From a virus: DNA of 64,000 bases. The stretch is from the IMG/VR virus record IMGVR_UViG_3300045988_179014, positions 64,001 through 128,000 of that record. One strand, written 5' to 3'. The position numbers and the translations under genes were made by a program. The notes beneath the pieces were generated by a model, which worked only from the letters and a program-made list of their open reading frames with translations, was not told the origin of the DNA and made no database searches. The number at the start of each line of letters is the position of its first letter. The stretch's first letter is position 1. Of this stretch, positions 1-9,057 are shown in pieces.

Positions 1-1161
1 TTTTCGTAGTTTGGATTGGATGATGTTTATGAAAATGCTCTCATCCATCCAATCAAACCATTGCAGCAGTATTTTGCCTTCTCGTGCAGCGGCTATGGCT
101 CTTTCGCGGTGATAATTGGCAGGCCTGGGTTGATGTGAAGGTTTGTGACAGTCCACGGTTTTACAACGACCTGTCAAATGTACAAAGGAAACCGCAGAGT
201 TGTGTGTGAATGATGGATTCAAGTCTATTAAAACGTTCTCGTAACCCAAATCAGCATGACGTTTTCCATTGTCAAAAGGAACTTCCAATTCCAAGGTTAA
301 GCCAGTTGCTTCTTCCAGTTTGTGCTTCCATTGCTTGTTCAGTTTCGAAATTCGTTTACCATTCGCATTGGCTGCACGTTTTTGGATTTCTGGTAGTTGA
401 AAAACATTCTCTACGCCATAACGTTCTATTACAGACATTTTTGCTTTGGTTTGAAATTCAGCTAGTTCGAAAGGATTCTGCACTCCGTATCGAGCTTTCA
501 TAGTGGCCGCAATTTTTCGACGCACAGCAGGGGTTGTCAAAGGATGTGCTCCATATCGTTCTTGGAAGGTTTTTGTGCGTCTTGTTTGAATCTCTGGGTC
601 CTGGGAAGGGTTTTCAACTCCACGTCTCCGCAGGTTGGTTGCGGTTTTCTTCGCTTTCACAACAGCGTTTTGCGATGGGTTCTCAACACCATACCGTTCC
701 AGGTTCGTGGTTTTCCGTTTTTCCTTCATAATGTTTTCGGATGTAGCTTTCCACGCGCATGTTGTGGAACAAGTTTTTGCCGGTTTGAAAGGATTGGCAA
801 TTTTGAACCGCTTCCCACATTCCGAGCAGTTGCGGTAATGGTCTTGTGAGCAGAAACGAGAAGTCGAACGGTCAGCCAGGAATGTTTTCCCACATAGTTC
901 ACAAACGTTTTTCTGTGTTTTTGCTTTCACACGACTTAGAGCATGACTACAATCAGAGGAACAGGTTTTGGCTGGACGCTTCATTTCTTTGATTTGAAAG
1001 GATTTCCCGCAATACTCACATTCCTTGTAATGCGGTTTTGAACACCAACGGGTTTTCCGATTACTACGAATTTCCGTGTGACACCATTCACATCTCTGTA
1101 AACTGTTCTGTTCTTCTGCCACCATAGTAGTGATTATATCAATCAGCCAATCATGAATCAT
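1..1161 (-). CDS. putative homing-endonuclease-like protein, 5' portion (C-terminus lies beyond window start); CxxC zinc-finger repeats, tandem ~25-aa RYGV(E/Q)NP repeats, Vsr/DUF559-like region ending ...ILLQWFDWMD
   Basis: Read by hand as the reverse complement: continuous open frame from ATG at 1161 to position 1 with no stop; it was absent from the supplied ORF track. The plus-strand ORFs at 210-849 overlap one another in three frames, which is typical antisense noise. The C-terminal region resembles the 'IE.NG.YWH...QLLQIWEDDW' domain of the 17606/53891 paralogs. Confidence 0.55.
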   Translation of the reverse strand, partial: MIHDWLIDIITTMVAEEQNSLQRCEWCHTEIRSNRKTRWCSKPHYKECEYCGKSFQIKEMKRPAKTCSSDCSHALSRVKAKTQKNVCELCGKTFLADRSTSRFCSQDHYRNCSECGKRFKIANPFKPAKTCSTTCAWKATSENIMKEKRKTTNLERYGVENPSQNAVVKAKKTATNLRRRGVENPSQDPEIQTRRTKTFQERYGAHPLTTPAVRRKIAATMKARYGVQNPFELAEFQTKAKMSVIERYGVENVFQLPEIQKRAANANGKRISKLNKQWKHKLEEATGLTLELEVPFDNGKRHADLGYENVLIDLNPSFTHNSAVSFVHLTGRCKTVDCHKPSHQPRPANYHRERAIAAAREGKILLQWFDWMDESIFINIIQSKLRK

Positions 1162-1595
1162 GGTTATTTTGTGATGGAAGTTGGGGGTTCTGTTAATGAT
1201 TGTCGTTTTACGTTACTGCCGGACTTTGTTGGGAAATGAGCGGTTTCAGTCATGTTGGTTGGTTGTGGTCTTCGTCAATTATCATGTTTCCGCCCAGACG
1301 TTTCTTGATGGTTCAGTCAGATTAGGGGGTGAGGTTGTTCCTTTGCGTTTAGGTCATCAACACACCCCAACCAGAATATTTCATGTTCAAACTTCTTACT
1401 GCTTTTATTAACTGTTTTAATTAATTGTAAATATGTACGAATAGTTCTTGTTGGTTGGTTGTGGTGTGTATCTCCCTACCCCACAAGTTTACTTTCCATG
1501 CGGTGTAAGATTTTTTCATACACTTGTTCGAATATTTTTGGGGTATTTTCAAAAGGGGGTGAGGAAATTAGGCAAAGAAAAGAAAATATGATAGC

Positions 1596-2234
1596 ATGAA
1601 AGTTATGAGTAATAGAATAGTTGTCAGTGATGTTGATGGTACTATTGTTCGGCGTTCACTGGTGTTAAACCATGCTGCCAAATTGCATGAGGAGGGCATA
1701 ATCGATTTTGGGGAACTGCCTTCTCAGTGGCAAGCTGACCCCAAGAACGAGGGACTAATCACGCAGTTGGCGGAACGTTATCGGGATAGTTTAACTGGTT
1801 TGACACTTGATGCCCTAGGGGTTGATGCATATGTTCAGGATGTGGTTATTGACCCTCAAAACTTCTATAGTACATTAGCTAGATTGCTAGAATTAAGGAA
1901 GTCTGGCGCGCAAGTGTTGCTAATTAGTGGTTCTCCAAGTTTTTTGGTGGAACGTTTTGCGGCTCATTTCGGGTTCCAAGGTATCGGTTCCGAGTATGTC
2001 ATGGATGAGTTTGGACGTTTCACCGGAGCCTGTGTTGGAATGTTTTCCAGCAAGGCCAAGCAGACGTTTCTGAAGTCACTTGGGCTGGAACAGTATGATG
2101 AGGTTCTGGCTTTTGGGGATACGGAATCTGACAGACCATTGTTCAACAGTGCTCATTATTCAGTGCTGGTGGAACCTAACAAGGCTACACATGAGGCTTT
2201 GGTAACAGTGGTTAATGAGGTGATTTATGATTGA
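1596..2234 (+). CDS. HAD-superfamily hydrolase/phosphatase
   Basis: N-terminal VSDVDGTIV (DxDGT nucleophile motif) and C-terminal LAFGDTESDRPLF (GDxxxD) are HAD motifs I and IV. Confidence 0.7.
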   Translation: MKVMSNRIVVSDVDGTIVRRSLVLNHAAKLHEEGIIDFGELPSQWQADPKNEGLITQLAERYRDSLTGLTLDALGVDAYVQDVVIDPQNFYSTLARLLELRKSGAQVLLISGSPSFLVERFAAHFGFQGIGSEYVMDEFGRFTGACVGMFSSKAKQTFLKSLGLEQYDEVLAFGDTESDRPLFNSAHYSVLVEPNKATHEALVTVVNEVIYD

Positions 2235-2506
2235 CCAGAAAAACTAAACCCCTCCTGAGTTATAATCCGCATTTAAGTGAGGCTTTTGCTGTTGGGCTAT
2301 TATATTTAGCCATACAATAACTATGCAAAAAACAGGTTGCTAGTTGTTGATGTGTAACTTCGCTAGCTGTCAGCCCTCATAGTAGTATCATGCTAAAAAC
2401 TATTCTACATTAGAAGTAGTATTTGGAAGGTGAAGATGAGAAAAAATTGCAACAATGATATGGGCTTTGGTGCTCGCTTCAGAGCCAAATTAGAAGCCGT
2501 TTTGCC

Positions 2507-3046
2507 TTGTATTCAAAAAACTTTCAAGACGCGATTGTGGCGTTTGGGACAGTTGGCGAGAAACATGCTAATATTCTCAATACACATACTGAGAATAATT
2601 TGGCCCCTAAGATTAAAGAGGTCCGAGAGAATTTAGAATTGTTGGCAGACGCATTGGAGCGCAATCAATCTGATTTCAGTCAACGTGTCAAGCTGGAGGT
2701 TCAGTATGCTGACCAGTTGACTAAAATGTCTCGGATTCTAGGTCCAGATTATTACATGCATATGGTTAGGCATCCACAGACTTGGGCCAATGTTGATGAA
2801 CGAATTCAACTTGTAAAAGATGCTCTGAAGGCTTTGAATGAACAAGTTCTTGAGAACATCCATCAAATTAATGAGAACCGAGAGTTTGAGTTTAAGGTGG
2901 CTTTACAGTCATTTTTAGGTTCAGACGAGATTGATACTGCAACCTCGAATCGAAATTTGACGGATTCTTTAAGAGATTCTGTTGACAGCATTATCTCATC
3001 AATCAAGTGTAAAAATGGTAACAATCGTTCCTGTTCTAAGTTGTAG
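2507..3046 (+). CDS. paralog of the C-terminal ~175-aa domain of the 3991..5823 product; the start is uncertain (a homologous ATG lies at 2430 in another frame)
   Basis: About 80% amino-acid identity to residues ~435-610 of the 610-aa protein. The track places a TTG start at 2507. The RBS+ATG at 2430 is homologous to the 3991 start but is out of frame, consistent with a deletion/frameshift derivative. Confidence 0.45.
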   Translation: MYSKNFQDAIVAFGTVGEKHANILNTHTENNLAPKIKEVRENLELLADALERNQSDFSQRVKLEVQYADQLTKMSRILGPDYYMHMVRHPQTWANVDERIQLVKDALKALNEQVLENIHQINENREFEFKVALQSFLGSDEIDTATSNRNLTDSLRDSVDSIISSIKCKNGNNRSCSKL

Positions 3047-3092
3047 AAGACATCAAATTAGCGCTGCGAAAAGAAGGGATTAACTGAAAAAC

Positions 3093-3130
3093 TAGACGCC
3101 TCCTGAAGCCATAATCTCAGGAGGCGTCTA
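3093..3130. terminator. bidirectional rho-independent terminator (14-bp perfect stem tagacgcctcctga/tcaggaggcgtcta)
   Basis: Inverted repeat seen directly between convergent genes 2507..3046(+) and 3146..3718(-); U-rich flanks. Confidence 0.6.
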
Positions 3131-3145
3131 ACTTAGTGTGGTGTT

Positions 3146-3718
3146 TTATAGCTGTGGAATATTTTCTTGTAGAGCAATGATAAAAGACCCATCAATGTCT
3201 AGAATGTCTTGAGCTTTAAACAGGTATCCATGATGCTCGTCATTGAAGTTCGGACCATATGAGGACCGTTTCAGTAAAACGCTGATGTCATCATTCTTGT
3301 TGAACATCTTCTCCCCTCTCAGGGAATCATGTTCTCCTTCATCGGTGATACGTGAGAAGAATCCACTTTCGTCCAGCACCAAAATAGCATCTGAATGAAT
3401 ATGGCCTTCCTGTACTGCATTGGAGATTTCTCGTTTCACTTTTGTGAGCAAATCCCATGGAGCCAATTTTTGAAGGATTTCGGACAAGACAACTTCTTCT
3501 TCAGAAATCAACACAAGTTTGTTACCTTGCAGTTTCACATCTTTGTATGTGTTGATGATTTCCAGCATAGTCTCTTGGACTGACGGGTGACGACGGTTAA
3601 TGTACTCAGCATTGTAGTAATTAACAAAATTGTCAACTGTTTGGATTATAGTTCCCTCTAGTTTTCCTTTTAGTGCTTGTGCTTGGTCCTCGTTTTTGGG
3701 GATGAAATGGCGAGTCAT
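3146..3718 (-). CDS. hypothetical protein
   Basis: 190-aa ORF; reading-frame start/stop are consistent with the neighbours. Confidence 0.5.
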   Translation of the reverse strand: MTRHFIPKNEDQAQALKGKLEGTIIQTVDNFVNYYNAEYINRRHPSVQETMLEIINTYKDVKLQGNKLVLISEEEVVLSEILQKLAPWDLLTKVKREISNAVQEGHIHSDAILVLDESGFFSRITDEGEHDSLRGEKMFNKNDDISVLLKRSSYGPNFNDEHHGYLFKAQDILDIDGSFIIALQENIPQL

Positions 3719-3990
3719 GCTGCTCCATTCGTGGTAGGGTAATCATTAAACTTGGTCAAAAACAATATCAACCTTTAAGCGAGTTTTTGGTGTCGAGTTT
3801 TTACATCAACAGTCTATACTTTTGGGAACAGTCATTGTTGACGTTTGTTTCATCCGACCATACAACAACCACACAAAATGATAGGGTGCTAATTGTTGAT
3901 ACACAACTTCGCTAGCTGTCTGCTGCTCATAGTAACATCATGTTAAAAACTATGATAGAATGGAGATAATTTGGTTGTTAGAAGGTAGAG

Positions 3991-5823
3991 ATGTCAAACA
4001 GGAAAAATTACGACAAGGACAATTACAGCACTATTAGTCTTATAGGTAGTTGGATGGTTATTCTTGTCACCATTCTTGTACCATTGATTTTTGTTATAGT
4101 GGGATTCCTCCGCTTCGCTGAAGTCTATGGAGTAACTAAAACTTCAGTTCGCGGATTACAAGAATATCAGGTATATAAACATAGCGGTGCCAGTTTAACA
4201 GAAGGAAAGGCTTTCGCTGCTTATATTCGTGGTACTGGAATTGGGGTTACGGTAATTCTTCCAAATCAATTAAAACATAACATGAACCTAAATGGACTGG
4301 CTCAAGAAATCTTGTCAGAAATGGGCGACCGCTATGACACTATTATAGTGGTGCAAGACGGTCCAGATTCGGATATTGTTGCCTATTACAGCAACAAACA
4401 AAAGGTAAGAGATGCATTTCTACATTTGAATATCTTTCAAAAAGATGTACCTGATGCGGGCGTTTTCTTGAATAGCAATAAGGCCTCTCTTTTGACAGCA
4501 TATGTAGATGCTGGTGGTGCGCCTGGAACCACTATAAAACAGCATGTAGAAGAACAGAAACAACAAACTCAATCTGCCACGCCCACTATCGAGCCAACTG
4601 CCGAATCCTCCGATGAGGCTAAGCGCAAGGAAGACGAGCGAATTAAACAAGAGGAAGAAGAGAAACGTCAAGCAGCTGAGGCCAAGAGAAAAGAAGAGGA
4701 AACTCAAAAGGCCAAGGACCCATCACGGCTAATAGCAAATTCTATTTCTGGACTGGAAACTTCTCAAATTTATGAGCAGCTGGATGCACAGTTGTCCCAC
4801 AAACAATTACTGGTTGATAAGATTGCAGGTACCAGCATTGGGATTACTGCGATTACAAGCGAGCAGTTGAATAATCGGAAGCTGGATGATGTTGCAAATG
4901 CCATTCAACAAAACACGCCCAAATATGACACCATTATTGTGGTGCTGGACGGTGCAGAAGATTCTATTGGTGTTTCAAGTTCTTTAAACGGTGTTGCAGC
5001 AAAAATCAGGGAGCTTTTGGGCGCAGAACCAGTTTCAGATGCAGGATGGGCACTTTTGAATGTCAGCAATGAATTGGTTGAAGTGCATCAAGAAGAACTC
5101 CGTATGATTCAGATGAACAAAGAACGAGAAGATGCTACGAAACGGAACCAGAGCCTTCTGTTCTTTGGCGGGGTTGCAGGAGCAGTATTGTTTGCTGGTG
5201 CTCTTGTATTGGGAGGTAAAAAGTTATTAAGAGTTTACCGTAAAAAGAAGGCTGAGAAAGAAGCTGCTAAAAACACACTCCAGAATCGGATAAAAAACCG
5301 TTTCGCGTCGTATTCAAAAGAGTTCCAGGATGCAATTGTTGCTTTTGGAATGGTTGGAGAGGAACATGCCAACATTCTTGGTACATATGCTGGAAACAAT
5401 TTGGCCTCTAGCATTAAGAAAGTTCGAGACAATCTGGAATTGTTGGCAGACGCATTAGAGCGCAATCACTCCGATTCCGGTCAACGAATCAAGTTGGAAG
5501 TTCAGTATGCTGACCAGTTGACTAAAATGGCTCGGATTCTAGGGTCAGATTACTATATGCATATGGTTCGACGTCCCCATGCTTGGTTTGATGTTGATGA
5601 ACGAATTCAGCTGGTAAAGGATGCTCTGAAAGCTTTGAATGAGCAAGTTATCGAGAACACTCATCAACTAAACGAAAACCGAGAATTCGAATTCAAGGTA
5701 GCCTTGCACTCATTCTTGAATTCGGATGAGATTGATACTGCAACCTCAAATCAAAAGAATTTGAAGGATTCATTGAAAACGTCTGTTGACAGCATTATCT
5801 CATCAATCAAGTGTGAAAAATGA
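3991..5823 (+). CDS. membrane-anchored coiled-coil protein (N-terminal TM, E/K-rich central region, second TM, conserved C-terminal domain)
   Basis: 610-aa ORF with RBS AGAAGGTAGAG upstream of the ATG. Hydrophobic segments at residues ~20-40 and ~385-410; charged EEEKRQAAEAKRKEEE stretch. The C-terminal domain is duplicated in 2507..3046. Confidence 0.65.
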   Translation: MSNRKNYDKDNYSTISLIGSWMVILVTILVPLIFVIVGFLRFAEVYGVTKTSVRGLQEYQVYKHSGASLTEGKAFAAYIRGTGIGVTVILPNQLKHNMNLNGLAQEILSEMGDRYDTIIVVQDGPDSDIVAYYSNKQKVRDAFLHLNIFQKDVPDAGVFLNSNKASLLTAYVDAGGAPGTTIKQHVEEQKQQTQSATPTIEPTAESSDEAKRKEDERIKQEEEEKRQAAEAKRKEEETQKAKDPSRLIANSISGLETSQIYEQLDAQLSHKQLLVDKIAGTSIGITAITSEQLNNRKLDDVANAIQQNTPKYDTIIVVLDGAEDSIGVSSSLNGVAAKIRELLGAEPVSDAGWALLNVSNELVEVHQEELRMIQMNKEREDATKRNQSLLFFGGVAGAVLFAGALVLGGKKLLRVYRKKKAEKEAAKNTLQNRIKNRFASYSKEFQDAIVAFGMVGEEHANILGTYAGNNLASSIKKVRDNLELLADALERNHSDSGQRIKLEVQYADQLTKMARILGSDYYMHMVRRPHAWFDVDERIQLVKDALKALNEQVIENTHQLNENREFEFKVALHSFLNSDEIDTATSNQKNLKDSLKTSVDSIISSIKCEK

Positions 5824-5960
5824 TTATATAGTTGACAGTTTCAATACATGTGATTTATACTAGTTGTGATTGGCCTAAATTGTAGCGTCTTGGAAACGAC
5901 AGTTAAAGGCTATGCGGAAATAACAAAATTGAGTTTATTGAGTTTTCAGAAAGGCCCAAA

Positions 5961-7307
5961 ATGGCAACAACTGCTCCTGTTCTAAATTGCACTGAGGAGA
6001 TTAAGTCAACATCTCTGGAAGAAATGATTGGACAGAAGGACCTGATTCATGAGATTGGGTCGTCAGACGAAAACCCGATTATGGGTACTAATGAGGTAAC
6101 CAGAAAGTTCCGCAATCAACTTGAATCACAAGATTTGGAGCGGGTAAAAACTTTAGCTCCAGAACTTGAAAGAAAGTTCGTTAACAATTACAACGAAATT
6201 ATTTCCTTTGGGCAAGAAGTGTTGGACGGGGTCAATGCAATCAACGCCCGTCTCCTAGAGGAACAAGATGCAAAAATTCCCGAAGCAGACCATATTGTGA
6301 ATGGTATCCTTCGGGAGATTGATGGATATTCCGCCAAGTATTCATCAACAAAGGCAAAAACTTTTTTCGATAATCTGGTTAAGCGCTTCAGAGGGAGTGC
6401 GTACAATTTGAAAGCGATGTTACGCGACGCGAAGCCAATTGCGGCAAAACTACAAATGGCTGAAGCGGAACTACTCAAGATGGAACTTGAGCTAAAGACA
6501 AATGTCACCAGAGGTATGGAACTGCGAAAAGAGACTTTATACAGTATCTCCAGAATGGTGACGGTCATTGCTTTCTTCGAAGAAATCCTGGAGGTTTCTC
6601 GCAGTCGCGCAAAAAGTATGCAGGATAGGCTGAACCAAGTACAAAGCGACGATGAGGTTATTCGATGGAATGAACGAAATTACACCATTGAAGAGTTCCG
6701 TGAATTGTTGCAAACGCAAACAATCGCTATGGGAGAAATTGAAAAGTCTTGGTTCTCATGGCGGCAGAAATTCTTCCTGTATGCGACGAATATCGTTGCC
6801 ACCCGTAACATCATCAATGTCTCTATTGCTCTTCAGCGCACCTGCCATCGTGTTTACACTGATGCCATTCCAGCTGCCAGAAGCCAACTGGTGGTATGGC
6901 AGCAAGCAGAAAAAGCACGTGAATCTGCGCGTATGGCAAACGCTGCTAATGACGGAATTGACCGACTCATTGCTGGTGCCGCAGAAGGCGCCGCAGCAGG
7001 TGTTCGAGAGTCTGCTCATGCCAACCAACGCACTATGCTCTCCGACGAAACTATTCTGGCGCTCACAAAAGGTATTCAGGACCAGTTCAAGGCACTAGCA
7101 GAGGCAGAAGCGACTGGACGTAAAATGCGTCAACGAAATTTGGACGTCATTCGTCAAAGCGAGTTGGCTATTCGAACTGCGGCTGATGAATCTCAACAGA
7201 CCATTATCGCAAACGCACTTGCTGTGGTGAATTCGGATTCAAAAGCCCTCACCACCGGACAATCTGATACTCAAGAATCCTTGTTTACAGTATCATCCCA
7301 TCAGTAA
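5961..7307 (+). CDS. hypothetical protein (predicted coiled-coil)
   Basis: 448-aa ORF with a long heptad-like region (AKLQMAEAELLKMELELK). Confidence 0.55.
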   Translation: MATTAPVLNCTEEIKSTSLEEMIGQKDLIHEIGSSDENPIMGTNEVTRKFRNQLESQDLERVKTLAPELERKFVNNYNEIISFGQEVLDGVNAINARLLEEQDAKIPEADHIVNGILREIDGYSAKYSSTKAKTFFDNLVKRFRGSAYNLKAMLRDAKPIAAKLQMAEAELLKMELELKTNVTRGMELRKETLYSISRMVTVIAFFEEILEVSRSRAKSMQDRLNQVQSDDEVIRWNERNYTIEEFRELLQTQTIAMGEIEKSWFSWRQKFFLYATNIVATRNIINVSIALQRTCHRVYTDAIPAARSQLVVWQQAEKARESARMANAANDGIDRLIAGAAEGAAAGVRESAHANQRTMLSDETILALTKGIQDQFKALAEAEATGRKMRQRNLDVIRQSELAIRTAADESQQTIIANALAVVNSDSKALTTGQSDTQESLFTVSSHQ

Positions 7308-7327
7308 CACAAATAAATTTATTCTAA

Positions 7328-7374
7328 TGCATCAATGCCCGCATTACAACTTATTTTGTAGGCATTGATGCATT
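7328..7374. terminator. bidirectional terminator (13-bp stem atgcatcaatgcc/ggcattgatgcat)
   Basis: Perfect inverted repeat followed by tctatttatttattattt, between convergent genes. Confidence 0.6.
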
Positions 7375-7437
7375 CTATTTATTTATTATTTAAATATTCA
7401 AAGAGCATCAATAACCATACGTTGAGCATTTTATGGC

Positions 7438-8223
7438 TCATCGGAATTTGTTCAATAAGTTCATATCAAACACTCTGCTATAAGGGTCAAAAGGTTTAAT
7501 ACAACAAACAGCTATTTGACTTACCAAGGTGCTATTGATGTGAGTTTTGTTTATTTCATCCAATTGTTGGTAGCGGTAATTCAAATAGTCTGGTAGTTTA
7601 TCCACAGTGTAGAGTCGATAAGGTTGTTTCTTCCAGTTTGCATCCATTTTGACGAAAGTCTTGTCAGCGTTGATACAAATGATGCTTGACACTTTGGCGC
7701 TGGGATGTAAATATTTCTTCCATAATGCTCGGGCTTGTGCTGCACGAACTCTTCCTCCTGGGAAAATGCGGTCAGAGCGTAAAATCTGTCCTTTGTCATT
7801 GATGGAGTATTTGCGTCGTTCTTTCCAACGTTTCGTGTCAATAAGAAAGACGTGATTACCTATGATGAGAACATGGTCTGTGTCTCCACCTTCAATCATG
7901 CCGCTTTCAGGGTCGATTTCTTCTTTTCCCATTCCTCTGATGTGAACCGAATCAATCAACACAGCATTTGGTTTGTCTTGAATCCATTGTTGAAGAAGCG
8001 AACTGGTGCTTCTCTCGCCTTCCAAACCGACACGAACCACTTTGTGTTTGAATGATGAATCGTAGTCTGGATTGTTTGCATGGTGAGTCAAGGACGCGCC
8101 AGGGGAGCCAAAATAGCGTATTCCATTGTTGAGCATTTGGACTATTTTTAAAGCTACGGTATTTTTGACACCATTGATGTTTGGATAGGGCGGATTTACC
8201 ACAACTATATTGGATTGAGACAT
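7438..8223 (-). CDS. NERD-domain (nuclease-related domain) protein
   Basis: GGDTDHVLIIGNHVFLIDTKRW fits the NERD core (D-H-hydrophobic ... hydrophobic-(E/D)-T-K). Paralog of 8236..9057. Confidence 0.55.
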   Translation of the reverse strand: MSQSNIVVVNPPYPNINGVKNTVALKIVQMLNNGIRYFGSPGASLTHHANNPDYDSSFKHKVVRVGLEGERSTSSLLQQWIQDKPNAVLIDSVHIRGMGKEEIDPESGMIEGGDTDHVLIIGNHVFLIDTKRWKERRKYSINDKGQILRSDRIFPGGRVRAAQARALWKKYLHPSAKVSSIICINADKTFVKMDANWKKQPYRLYTVDKLPDYLNYRYQQLDEINKTHINSTLVSQIAVCCIKPFDPYSRVFDMNLLNKFR

Positions 8224-8235
8224 TTAAACAACACC

Positions 8236-9057
8236 TTAACGAAACTTGGCAAGAGTCTTCATATCAAAGACCTTGGCATAAGTATCAAAAGGTTTAATAC
8301 ATGACACAACAACTTGACTCACCAATGTGCTATTGATGTGTGTTTTGTCATAATCCTCAATCATTTTCCATTTTTCATTCAATAATTCTTCAAACCGTTT
8401 CAATTCTACTAAGCGGTAATCCTGTGTGTACCAGTTACGGTTTCGAAGTACAGAAACGTCTTCGGAATTGATACATACGATACCTGTCACAAATGCGTCT
8501 TCATCCAAATAGTTCAACCATTTGTGGATGGATTCTTTCATTGTTACCTGTCCACCTGCGAAAGGTTTGTTTGTCATAAGTGCATCGCCATCATCATTGA
8601 CTGAATAATTCTTCTTCTTTGGCCAACGCCTGGTGTCCATGATGATGACTTCAGTACCAACAAGAAGAATGTGGTCTGTGTCCCCGCCATCAATGATTCC
8701 GGTGTCCTCGTTCACTACTTCGTCTTTATCCCAGTCAGGCACACGAATGGAATCAACCATGACAACACCAGGTTTGTCCTCAATCCATTGTTTCAGGAAT
8801 GTTGTGGTGTCTCGTTCCCCGTCCAAGTATTCTTTGGCTTTGTTGGGTTGAACCCCTTTTTCTGCATATTCGGGATTGAAAGCTTGATGTGTCATGGCCG
8901 CACCTGACGAACCAAAATAACGCCTACCAGCTTTGAGCATTTTCTCAATACGAAGTGCTATGGAATGTTTGACCCCTTCAATATTTTTCAATGGTGGGTC
9001 AACTTGGATGTCTTCTGGTCGAACTGTTTTTTCTTGGATTTCCAGTTCTCCGGTCAC
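8236..9057 (-). CDS. NERD-domain protein, tandem paralog
   Basis: GGDTDHILLVGTEVIIMDTRRW. Probable GTG start at 9057 preceded by GGAGG 8 nt upstream; the GTG overlaps the TGA stop of the 9054..10595 gene (GTGA). The track ORF instead starts at 9105 and overlaps its neighbour by 52 nt. Confidence 0.55.
   Translation of the reverse strand: MTGELEIQEKTVRPEDIQVDPPLKNIEGVKHSIALRIEKMLKAGRRYFGSSGAAMTHQAFNPEYAEKGVQPNKAKEYLDGERDTTTFLKQWIEDKPGVVMVDSIRVPDWDKDEVVNEDTGIIDGGDTDHILLVGTEVIIMDTRRWPKKKNYSVNDDGDALMTNKPFAGGQVTMKESIHKWLNYLDEDAFVTGIVCINSEDVSVLRNRNWYTQDYRLVELKRFEELLNEKWKMIEDYDKTHINSTLVSQVVVSCIKPFDTYAKVFDMKTLAKFR

Noticed and set aside
210-849. Four overlapping plus-strand ORFs (65-101 aa) in the first 1 kb
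   Set aside because: They overlap in three frames and have no RBS. The reverse strand carries a continuous 387-codon open frame with recognisable zinc-finger and endonuclease-like features, so the plus-strand ORFs are antisense artefacts.
4420-4707. Minus-strand ORF inside the 610-aa membrane protein gene, and antisense ORFs inside dnaE (11731..12250) and other large genes
   Set aside because: Antisense to strongly supported genes; low-complexity translations.
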